Positions 23,415-34,900 of a stretch of DNA of 64,000 nucleotides are shown one piece after another; the stretch's first letter is position 1; every line of letters starts with the position of its first letter. Below the pieces are notes generated by a model. The model did no database searches. It worked only from the letters and a program-made list of their open reading frames with translations, and was not told where the DNA came from. The stretch is from Somniosus microcephalus (taxonomy: Eukaryota): the NCBI GenBank assembly GCA_052327205.1, contig CM126206.1:284580001-284644000 (forward strand). Reading direction: 5' to 3'. A program made the translations under genes and the position numbers.

Positions 23415-26283
23415 GGGCTGGATTTTGATACTGGGGCGGGCTGGGGTCGTGTAATCCGCATTTCGTGTTAGCCACCCGATTCTAAATTGATGTGGGAGAT
23501 TGATGCGATTTTAACTTAATTGGCCAATTGAGTTCCAACGTGTGGGAACCCATGGCAAATGAGTTTTTCCAGTCTGAAAGTCGCCTCCGATGACGTCATC
23601 ATTGCTGCTGCATTTAAGGTCTGCAACAAGCCTTGCTTCTTCTGCAAACTGCCAACCTTTTGGCCTTTCATGTTAGAGGGACCTGGAGGCAGAATGACCA
23701 GCGAGAGACCTAGGTCTGCTCCCAGATTTGATGATGCTGCCCTGCAAGCTTTAGTAGAGGGAGCAAGAGTACATAAAGAGGTGCTCTTCCCTTCTTCAGG
23801 GAGGAAGAAGCCTCCCCAGCAGACCAAGGCTGTGTGGATCCAGGTGGCAGAGGAGGTCAACTCATTATCAGTAACCCGCAGAACCTGGATTCAGTGCAGG
23901 AAGAGATTTCATGACTTTCTGCGCACTGGAAAAGTGAGTATGAATTTCCCATCACCCACAATCTGATCTCCATGGCCTCTCCTCACCAGCACTCAGCTTT
24001 AGCAATCTCTTCCTCCACATCCCACTTGACATTGACACCCATGCGCCCTTACCCATTCCCTCTCTCTCTGTGGTCACATTCACCTAACTATTTGACTATG
24101 CAGCCCTCACACTCCCTATCACTGTGATGCTATGAAAACAACTGACAACACACAGGGAGGGCCCTTGGTCTTGCCACTTCACTCCATCTTTGTCTCCTTC
24201 TAAGCATCTATGCTATGGATTCTCTACACTCACTCCTTCATTCTCACTCAAACTCCACTTGTCTCCCTCATTGCAGGAAAAGAGAGCTCATAATAAGAGA
24301 GAAAGAGTGAGGACAGGAGGAGGGCCACCCTCAGTAGCCCACCTCACCCCCTGGGAGGATGCAGTCCTGGAGATCGTGGGAGTGGAGGACGATGCGCAAG
24401 TGGGGGACCGGCAGACGGGTGCATCACAGCAAGCTGGTGACAGAATTGTTTTCCATCTTTCTCAATGACATTGTATGAGTCGTTGATAATGATTCTGAAG
24501 CTCTAACAGATGGACTTATGATCATCTGCAATATGCAATGTGCATGTAACCTTGGCATCACATCTCTGACTCTTTCCTTTACTCCCCCACAGGACCATCG
24601 CAAGCACCCGTCCCCACTAGCCAGGAGGAACAGCATGAGCCTCAAGGCTCCTCAGAGGAAGCTGCAACCTCTGAGGGCGCAGCGTCAGCAGAATTCAGCA
24701 CACCCAGCACCAGCGCAGACACTCACACCTCGGTGGGACCATCGCAAGATAGAGTAGAGTTGTCACCTGGTGTATCACAGCTCACAAGTGAGAATCAGCA
24801 GATTGTGGAGACAGGGACAGCAGTGGAGAGTGCTAGTCGGAGGGCGCAGGACTCTGCCAGCTCGGCTCAGCTGCATGTCGACCCTCTGCCTCTGGGTCCA
24901 TCCATAAGATCAGCGGTGCTGGAACTCCAGGAACAGATGCAGGAGTCTCTTGCAGGTTTTGTTTCCAGGGTCGCTGTAAGTGTGGAGTGAATGGAGGAGT
25001 CCATTGTGAACATGAGCAGAGCCTTTGAGGAGTCATTGGCGCATGAACGCATCACCATGGAAAGGATGGCAACCTCCATGGAGGTGATAAGTCGCCAGAG
25101 TGCTGAAAACAAGGTGAGTGTTCTGAATAGAATGACATCTCTGGAGGAGCGATGGTCTTCTATTGAACAGAGAAACCAGACCTTCATGGAAGTCCTTCTG
25201 AGTAGGACTGCCAGTGCAGATACGGGTCCCCATGGCCCCCCAGATGTGCAGCAAGGTGCTCTCATGCCACTTGCAAATGCTGAGGGGGACCTGACCCATG
25301 AGAGGGAAGTTGGTGGCAGACATCAAGGAAGTGGGGGCTCCTCTCCAAGCGCTCACACGACCATGCCACTGCAAAGCCCTCGGTGAGAGCCCCACCAGAG
25401 TCCACACCCATCTGAGATTGGCGTCTCAACCCCTGCACAGCCGCAGGAGCAGCAGACTGTTGACGAGCCCTCACAGGTTCGCAACCCCAGAGGAAGCCCG
25501 CCAAAGGTGTCGAGACAGGAGCAGCGGGAAAGTGAGCAAGGGGCCTCCACATCAGCTGAAGCCACAGGGGAAGCACCACGTAGGAGCACGCATAAGAGAA
25601 AGATACTGCACAAATAGTCACAAGGGCAGTCACTTGGGTGAAATTTGATGTTTTATGTTATAAAGCCATCAGATGATTACTGTAAATAAAAAATCTGATG
25701 GCTACTGCTGTAGTTGTGGCGTGTGTCATTTCGCTAATGGGACTTCCACATTGAGGGCTTAGGATTACTTGGTATATGCCTCAGTTGAGGAAGCGCTCAG
25801 TAAAGGTAGCGAGAGGGGTTTCCCAGGAGGTCACACTGGAGATGGGTGTCAGGCTCCAACCTTCCACAGCTGTGGTTATGCCTTCTAAAAGTTCCCCCAG
25901 ACCTGAGACAACAAAGTCCTGCCACCTGCAAATAATGGCTGATCAAATATCCTATTTAATGGTGGAGCTGCAGCTAATAGTCAGCAATCCAATTGTGCTC
26001 CCGTCAGGTTTCACCGTTGTGTTTCAGAGCAGGCGTGCTTCATGTCGGAAAAGGGTTAAAATCACCAAGGCCTATCAAAATGGCATTATAGAGGCAATTT
26101 AGTGCTTGTTAAGTGCCTTAACGGCCTATCCCACCTCTTGGAGGCGGGACGGAGATGGGACCAGTAGACACGATTTAATGAAAATTGCTTGGAGGCGGGG
26201 TTGGGCCCGCCCGCCAGTTTTTGCAATTTTATACCCCTACACGCCTCCAATCCCGCCTCAATGGCCCGATGACAATCAAGCAC
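23415..26283 (+). mobile_element. PIF/Harbinger derivative carrying only the Myb/SANT-like gene
   Basis: Left end GGGCTGGATTTT. The right subterminal region 26090-26283 matches the reverse complement of the left end of the Harbinger MITE at 47569. Right TIR is degraded. Confidence 0.75.
23694..25617 (+). pseudogene. Three-exon Myb/SANT-like DNA-binding protein gene (exons 23694-23933, 24277-24436, 24593-25617) with two TGA stops
   Basis: APRFDDAALQALVE...W..VAEEVN...RTWIQCRKRFHD...RTGGGPP is the trihelix/MSANTD signature. GT-AG introns in phase. In-frame TGA at 24988 and 25384. AATAAA at 25685. Confidence 0.85.
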
Positions 26284-28202
26284 GGTGTAGCAGAGAGACA
26301 TAGCTCTTACAAGCTGGAGGCAAGGCACACAATTCTTACTGCACGAGCCAAGATGGAGGATGAACCTCTGAGTCATACCCATAATGCAATGCCACACTAC
26401 CGTATAAACTGGTGTACCAGGACATTGAATACATGACCCATTACCTTAAATACTGGTGAATGTGAACCCTTAATATTTGGCTCCATCTGGTGGATAACTT
26501 AAACATTACATCCCAGATTACTATATCCCTCCCCTCTTAAGTTGAACATTAATTTCTTAACAACATTCTTAAAAAGTCCCATAAGGAAACTCCTTTAACG
26601 ATCGTCCATACTGAACGAATCTAGCAGGTCGTTATCAATTTCTCTGGTGGCTCGTGAGACCTTGGTGAATGTCTTACAGTCAAGTCCCTGCTTGGTTGTG
26701 GTAGAGCCACCTGCTGCTCCTGAGCAGTACTCAGAGTATCTGATTCTGCTACGATGGTTTCCTCTTGACGAAGGGGTCCAGGTGGAACTGGCTCTGTTCG
26801 TGGTGGTGGTACCACCGATGCATTTGGATAACTGGGGGCCAACTTGTCCTCCAACATCTCCTCTGGAACCTCCATTTCGATTTCCCCTTGTCTGGTCAGT
26901 TTCTGATCTACATGTCTGCGTACTACCTGACCAGTTCCCACCATGACCGTATATGATACTGGACTGGTCATTGAGTCTATGACGCCAGGAATCCATTTTG
27001 GACCATAACTGAAATTCCTGGTAAGGACCGCATCTCCTTCTCCAAAACTGCAGCTCTTTGTCCTTCTGTCATGGTTCTCCTTTTGTTTGATTTGTCGATG
27101 TTCCACCTTCCTTTTTAGGTCTGGGTGAACCAGGTCAAGAGTGGAGCGTAGTCGACGTCCTAACAACAGCTCAGCAGGAGAGAGTCCTGTGGTGGATTGA
27201 GGTGTTATTCTGTAGCTGAACAGAACTCGTGACACCTTGGCCAAACTCCCTTCTGCACTTTTTTTCATCATCTCCTTAAATGTTTGTACGGCTCTCTCTG
27301 CAAGGCCATTTGAAGATGGATGATATGGAGCTGAGGTCACGTGCACTATGCCATTGTTTCTCATGAACTCTTTTGTTTCTGTACTCACAAAACACGTGGC
27401 ATTGTCACTTACTACGATCTCCGGTAGCCCTTGATTACTAAAACTCCGATGCAGGCAGTCTATAGTAACAGTAAATAAAGCAGAATTTACAGGATAAACA
27501 TCCATCCATTTGGAATGGGCATCAATGATTATGAGGAACATCTTTCCCATGAATGGACCCGCATAATCTACATGTAATCTTCTCCATGGTTTATCCGGCC
27601 ACTCCCAGGGGTGGAGAGGAGCCGCTGCTGGTGCCTTCCTGTGTACTTGACAAGTGCTGCATGTCTTGACTAGATTTTCTATCTCCTCATCTAGTTTTGG
27701 CCACCACAAGTAACTCCTTGCCAAGGCTTTCATACGTGAAACTCCAGGATGACACTGATGTAGTTGCCCTAGGATAGACTGTCGTGCTGGCTGTGGAATA
27801 ATCACTCGTGCTCCCCACAACACGCAACCATCCTGCACACCCAGCTCTGTCTTCCTGACACTGTAAGGTGTGAAATCAGTCCCTTCCGGATGCTGTGGCC
27901 AACCCCTCATCACATATTCTCAGACTCTAGACAGTACTAGATCTTTACCGGTCCATGTCCTTACTTGTTCTGCGGTCACAATTGCCGTGTCCGTGTCCTC
28001 CAACATCAAAACTCTGTCCTCTGGAGCTGCATGGATAGGTGTACCTGGCAGTGGAAGACGGCTCAAGGCATCTGCGTTCCCATGGTACTTGCCCACCTTG
28101 TAAATGATGACATACTCATATGCCCTCAACGACACTGCCCACCTCTGGATCTGCGGTGACACCATCTGTGGTACTGCTTTCATTTCATTAAAAAGAGATA
28201 GA

Positions 28203-31200
28203 TGTTAAGTACGTGTATTGTATTGAACAATTAACACAAAGACTTAAACGTATAACTCAAACAGGTCTTTACTGGTTGGAGGTAGGGACTGCACGTAGGT
28301 CTTTACTTCATGCCCACAGGCGGGAACTGAGGGGAGATCAGTACCCACAATACTATTTATACCCCTATGGCCAGGAGTGGTACTGCGTATCACTACGCCC
28401 TACAAGTAGTGCAGTCCCGTCCATAGGTTCAAAGTAGCACACATATTACATACACAACATTCCTCCCTTCTTAGCTTTACAGTCATCTCCCCATTTAACA
28501 TAACGTAATAACATATATACATATATAACTTCAGGTTTACATAACAGAATAACATAGATACATAGATAACTTCATGTCAAAACAGATCACAGATTCAGTC
28601 TCTGCAGAAAACAGTTCACAGATTCAATCTCTGTGGTGTAGTCGGTTCACGTTGCTGGAGTGACTCATTCAATAGTCCTTCCATGGATTTAACAGTTTGA
28701 ACTTCCGAAATGAATTGGCTCTGTTCGGAGGGACCACGTGTGTGATCTGGTAGAGGTAATAATGGTTCAGATGGGTCATCTTCTGTTTCGACTTTTCCTT
28801 TTCTGCTTCTTGGAGACTCTCTGGGCTCCACTGTCAGCTGCCAGCTGCATGCGCAGTTCCTCCTTCTCTTCCTCCTTTTTCCGTAGTAGAGCCACCTTCT
28901 CCCGATGTTCCGTAGACTTTCGGTGCTCCTCCATGATTTCTGTATGGTGGGAGTCGAAGTTACAAGTTGGGCAGGGCAGGACATAGTAATATTCGGTGTC
29001 GTCCTGATCTAGGCCAGCGAGAGGGTCTTCTATTTCCTCCATACCCAGCTGGGCGTTAGCCAGCTTTTGTTCCAAGTCCAGACATCTTTCCTGAAGAGAC
29101 TTCTTCATGCGTACCTCTTCATCCAGCTTTTTCTGGGCTTTCAGCAAGTCGTTTACTAATGACCTCATTTGAGATTTTACTACTTCAACTTCTTTTGGAG
29201 ATTGATTGATCGGACTATTCAATCCCTCTACCGGAGCAGCTGTTTCAGCGGTCTGTTGTTCTACGTTGACGTGAGTCAGCGTACTTTTGGCATCCAAGGG
29301 CTGCTCTGTTGCAGTCATCTCAGTCTGTGTTGCCACCTCAGCTCTTCCAATAACCTTTGAGAGCTCCGAACCCCTTTCGTTTGAATATTGAAGTTCGTGT
29401 TCAAGTTTTTCCCATTTCAGAGTCCTGTCCTTCAGCATATGCAGGAGTTGGCTGACCGTTAACTCCTCTGACATCAGACGTTTTGTGTGCTCCTGCTCCA
29501 TTTGCTCCAGCAGCTGCTTCTGTTGTCTTTCCAGATGTTCTCACTCTATATCAAAGAACTCTTTCGTCGCATTCATCTCTTGCTCAAAACGGCGAATCAT
29601 TTGTTCTAATTGCTGTTGCAGTTTGAAATGGAGTTGAGTTCGAGCCCGGTGTCCCTCAGAAATGTGCATGTCAGTAGACTGGACAGACTCAGAATTCTCT
29701 ATCTCAGTGGAATTCTGTGCTGAAACTTTGTCTTTTGCACACGGGTTGGTCTTACCATCATCAGTTCCAGAGTCTGGGTTGATTATGTTCACCGAGTTCT
29801 CACTCGTTATTGTTTGTAGGAAATGCCAGTCCATATTCATTTTCCTAATCCACTCCCGTCCTAGTAGTGGAGGACCTCCTTCAGATATCACATATAAGTC
29901 CATTATTTGACTGTCTTCGCCCTTGTGGACCACTGCAACCTCTATTTTCCTGATGGGGTACACTCTTTGCCCCGTGTATGTTTTCAATATAATCCCCGTA
30001 TCCTGTAGGGGAATATGTTGGAATAACTTTCCGTAATCTTTCTTATTTATGACCGTCAATGCCGATCCAGTGTCCAATTCCAGTTTTACTTGGACTCCTT
30101 CTATCTGAAGAGTGACCCAAATTGTCTGGAGGTCTGCACCCTTACCAGCGTTGAGTACTCTTAAGCTAGCCAGTTCATTACAGCTTAAGCTAGCCAGTTC
30201 ATTACTGCTAGCGTCTGAATCGGACTCCTGTTCGGTCACCTTGTGTACCTTTGCGTATTTTCCTTGCGGTGACTTCTTGTTGCTGGTCTTCTTCCCTGAC
30301 CTGCATACTCTAGCTATATGTCCAAGCCTACCACAAGTTCTACATTCTTGGTTTTTAAACCAACACTGGTTCTGATCATGCGTTGTCTTTCCACAACGAT
30401 AACATTTGCCAGAACTCACACCCAATTTGTGTGCACTGAGCTCCGGTGACCGTAGCTGCATTACTGCCGTGCCTCTCGCTGCGGCTTCGTGTGCTGCTGC
30501 CATAGTGACCGCCTTCTCAAGCGTCAGCTCATTCTCCTCGAGGAGTCGCTTTTGTGTATCCTGTTTAAATAAACCACACACAAATTTGTCTCGTAGTGCA
30601 TCTGTCAGTCCCGTTCCAAACTGGCAATATTTCGCTAATTTACGCAATTCCAGCAAATATTCAGCATTGCTTTCATGCTGTAGCTGCCTTCTGTCATAAA
30701 ATTTAAATCGTTCCGCTAGCATCAGCGGCGTGGGGTTTAGATGATCTTTCAGGACAGTAACAATCTCATCGAACGTCTTATCCGTCGGTTCATCTGGTGA
30801 TAACAGGTGTTTCAATTGCCCGTATGTCTTCGCACCCATTAAATTTAATAATGTTAGAGCTTTATCTTGGTCACGAATTTTATTGGCCTTACAATAATTT
30901 TTTACTCTTTCAACATATATGGCCCAATCTTCGAGGTCACTATCAAAGGTGCTAATATTCCCGTGTTTAGGCATCTTCTTCTCTTCTCGAGAACAACACA
31001 AGTATTGCTTCACTTATTTCTTGTTTCTGAAAATTCTTATTAATTTTCTAAGATGGCAGTTTCCCACTTCTGCCTTCTTCCCCAGCGGTTTTCCCGCGAA
31101 AAATGGCGGCTTTCCCGCGCTTCTCGCTCTCCCCGCCCACTTCAATGGCGGTTTTCCCGCGCTTCTCGTCGCTGACTTTCAGCCCGACTGCGGCCCTTAT

Positions 31201-31905
31201 CTCCTGTGCGATCGCTGGTGCGCCGCCCGCCCGAAGCGGTTCTCAGCCCTTATCACCGGTGCGATCGCTGGCCCGCTAAGCGCCTCCCGCTTGAAGCGGC
31301 TCCCGGCCTCTGGCTCACCCGCTCGCGCGGCTCTTGCTCGCTCCCTCCCGGGCTCTGGCTTACCCGCTCGCGCATTTCACCGCGGCTCTTATCAGGGATT
31401 GCGATCGCCCTTATCTCCCGATCGGTGACCCTGTCTTTGCAGCCAACGCTGCTCGGCTTACCCACGAGGTTATGGAGGCTTCAGGGTCCTAATGCCTGTC
31501 GCTTCCAGTCGCTGGAAGCTGTCAGGATTTCTGCTGCCCTTCAGTTTTCAGTGGGGTGTTGAGGATTGAAACCTCTCTTCAACGTCCTGTCTTTGGACGA
31601 AGCCGCCGTGGAATAACTGCCGCAGGGTTCGAACCGACTCGTCGCCAATGTTAAGTATGTGTATTGTATTGAACAATTAACACAAAGACTTAAACGTATA
31701 ACTCAAACAGGTCTTTACTGGTTGGAGGTAGGGACTGCACGTAGGTCTTTACTTCATGCCCACAGGCGGGAACTGAGGGGAGATCAGTACCCACAGTACT
31801 ATTTATACCCCTATGGCCAGGAGTGGTACTGCGTATCACTACGCCCTACAAGTAGTGCAGTCCTGTCCATAGGTTCAAAGTAGCACACATATTACATACA
31901 CAACA
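28203..31905 (-). mobile_element. Nested non-autonomous Gypsy-derived LTR element: gag-protease fused to captured host-gene fragments, no RT/RH/IN
   Basis: 257-bp LTRs at 28203-28459 and 31649-31905 (3 mismatches), TSD ATAGA (28198-28202, 31906-31910), PBS TGGCGACGAG, PPT AAGAAGGGAGGAA; interrupts the host RNaseH. Confidence 0.97.
28776..30974 (-). CDS. Chimeric ORF gag-PR-(STK10/SLK coil)-(OPTN coil)-(DNAJC21 zinc finger), with one in-frame TGA at 29541-29543
   Basis: MPKHGNISTFD gag, two CCHC knuckles, LDTGS. ORFs 29541-31013 and 28776-29501 are in the same frame. Downstream segments resemble host proteins (see findings). Confidence 0.8.
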
Positions 31906-34900
31906 ATAGAAGAGGTTTATGATCAGTGCATATGGTGAATTTCCTGCCATATATGTACTTGTGAAACCTCTGTAACCCAAACATTACTGCTAACCCCTCT
32001 TTATCTAACTGGGAATAGTTTTTTTCCGCTGGTGTCAGAGTTCGAGACATAAACCCTATTGGTCTTTCTGTTCCATCTTCCAAGCTGTGTGAAAGAACCG
32101 CCCCCACCCCGTAAGGTGAAGCATCACAAGAGAGAATGATGTCTTTCTCTGCATTGTAGTGAACCAGCACATCCGAGGACAGCATCAGTTTCTTGGACTG
32201 TTCAAATGAAACCCTCTGTTCCTCTTCCCACTGTCACTGTGTCTCCTTACGCAGAAGTTTGTGAAGAAGTGCTAACACTGTTGCCAAGTTTGGTAAAAAT
32301 CTGTTATAATAGTTTAGCAGTCCCAGGTAAGCTTTTAACTCAGTCACATTGGTAGGAGCTGGGGCCTCCTGCAGTGCTTGTACCTTCTCCTTGATTGGAT
32401 GGAGCCCGGTGGCATCCACTCTGTGTCCCAGGAACATGGCCTCATTCCCCAGGAAAGTGCACTTACTCCTCTTGAGCCGTAACCCAGCCTTATCCAATCT
32501 TTGTAGTACCTCTCTCAGAGTGCTCAGATGCTCCTGGCCGGTTCTTTCTGTCACCAGAATGTCATCCAGATAGATTGAAACATGTGGGATCCCTTGCAGT
32601 ACACCCTCGATAGTCCTCTGGAAAATAGCTGGACTAGATGAGACACCGAATGGTAAGCGGTTATAGGTAAACAAACCCTTGTGTGTATTTATGGTTACAT
32701 ACTTCTTGGATTCCTCATCTAGTGTAATCTGCAAGTATGCATGACTCATATCCAGCTTCGTGAATTTCTTCCCTCCAGCCAGGTTCGCAAAGAGATCCTC
32801 TGTTTTGGGAATAGGATACTGTTCTAGTTTAGACACCCTATTTACTGTCAATTCATAATCTCCACAGAGTCTTACCGAATTGTCCGGTTTTAAAACAGGT
32901 ACAATGGGAGCTGCCCATTCTGAACATTTCACGGGTTCCAGTATGTTCTCGCTCAAAAGACGGTCAAGCTCAGCCTCTACCTTCGGTTTCATGGCATACG
33001 GCACAGGTTGTTGTTTAAAAAACCTTGGCAGTGCCTCCTTGTCTACATAAATCTTAGCTGGGGGGCCATTAAATGTGCCAAGTTCTTCCTTGAACACGTT
33101 CTCATGTTCAATCAACACTTCTTGCAAAGACAACTGTTTGCCTCCCTCTATTTGATTTATTGCTCCCCAATCTAATTTAAGTTCTTGTATCCAGCCCCGA
33201 CCTAACAGGTTTGGTCTGGAACCCGATACTACAACTACAGGTAGCTGTTCCACGGTGTCCCTGTGTTGCACAGTTACAGTAGCTGTACCCAATGTCACCA
33301 CTCGTTCACCGGTATATGTTTTAAGCTGCATAGAACAAGACTTTAACTCTGGAACTTTTGCACGGTTCCACAATTTTGAGTACTCCTCCCTGTTCATTAT
33401 GGTCACACCGCATCCTGTATCCACTTCAAAGTTGACCTTAGAGTCATTTACTGTCAGTTGCAAAGTGATAGGATCCACTTTTGGAATGTTCTCTACCATA
33501 CTATGCATTATGCACATGTCGTCTTCTTTCTCAGCTTCTCCGCTGATGTAATGTGCTCCCTGTTTTTTCACTTCTCTTCCTAGGTTTTGCTTTTCTCCCC
33601 CTTTTGGTTTGTATTCCTCCATGGTTGCTTTTGCCCTGCATGCACATTTTATATGTCCTTTTTTCCCACACTTGTGGCACTTTTCCTCCAGAAACCTGCA
33701 TTCCCTCGCCAGGTGATCACCATTGCATCTATAACACACCTTCACATGCTCATGTTGTGGTTTCTGATGCATGTTTAACATGTGCACAATAACCTGACCT
33801 GCAACTTGCTTTGTAGTAGCCCAGTCTGAACCTTATATTTCTTTTACATCTTGGTTCGCTGTCTCTATGGCTTGAGCAAGTTCCAACGCTTTTTCATATG
33901 TAAGCCCAGTCTCGGACAATAATCTCCGCTGCATTCGATCATCCATTATCCCGCAAACTAGCCTATCTCGCAGCATGTCTTTCAGGTTGTTGCCGTAATT
34001 GCAATCGTGTGCCAATTTCCTCAACACCGCTACATAATCCAATGCAGTCTCTCCCGGTTTCCTGTTCCCTGAATTAAATTTGAAACGCTGTACAATCTCA
34101 CTCAGTCTGGGATTGAAATGGTCCTTCAGCAAGGCCAGTAAGTTAGCAAATGATCTGTCTCCAGGCTTTTCAGGACTGCATAAGTTTCTCATCAAACTAT
34201 ACGTCTGACTTCCCACGGAAGTGAGCAAAATCGCTCTCCTTTTTCCGACGTCATTTATATCATTTGCTTCAAAGAAATGCATCAACACCTCGCAGTATTC
34301 ATCCCAGGTCTGCGTCTGAACATCAAAAGCAGAGATCTTTCCTACCGTAGCAGCCATGATCCGTTATTCAGTGCTCCTTTTCTTTTTTTTTCTTCGTCAA
34401 GATGTGATCTGTTGGTCCTCGTCGCCAATATGTGATATCCGAGTGGTAAGGTCAGAAACTGAGATAAGCGAGATATTAGGAACAAAACCCAACTGTTTAT
34501 TTACACGGTGAAGCAGAGAGACATAGCTCTTACAAGCTGGAGGCAAGCACACAATTCTTACTGCACGAGCCAAGATGGAGGATGAACCTCTGCGTCATAC
34601 CCATAATGCAATGCCACATTACCGTATAAACTGGTGTACCAGGACATTGAATACATGACCCATTACCTTAAATACTGGTGAATGTGAACCCTTAATATTT
34701 GGCTCCATCTGGTGGATAACTTAAACATTACATCCCAGATTACTATACAAAATTAATCCAATTGAGTAGCAAAGTGTCTGTTTGCTTTCCAATTGGTTTG
34801 GGAAGGCAGTGCACCCGGAAGATGGAGCAATGGCGGGAGGGTGGGGGCGGAATGGTTCAAGGTGGAAGGTCATGTGATGAAACCTTCAGGAATACGCTCA

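Larger units (their letters stand above)
26281..34749 (-). mobile_element. Ty3/Gypsy LTR retrotransposon (degenerate) hosting a nested element
   Basis: 5' LTR 34431-34749; PBS TGGCGACGAGGA at 34416-34427; gag 34357-33833; PR/RT 33787-32234; RNaseH 32185-31911 resuming at 28197; integrase 27913-26621; PPT ~26526-26538; truncated 3' LTR 26281-26525. Confidence 0.95.

Noticed and set aside
28776-29657. Genuine OPTN, STK10 or DNAJC21 loci, an env gene, or processed pseudogenes
   Set aside because: These are partial internal fragments inside paired LTRs with no poly(A) or TSD of their own. There is no signal peptide or transmembrane segment as expected for env.
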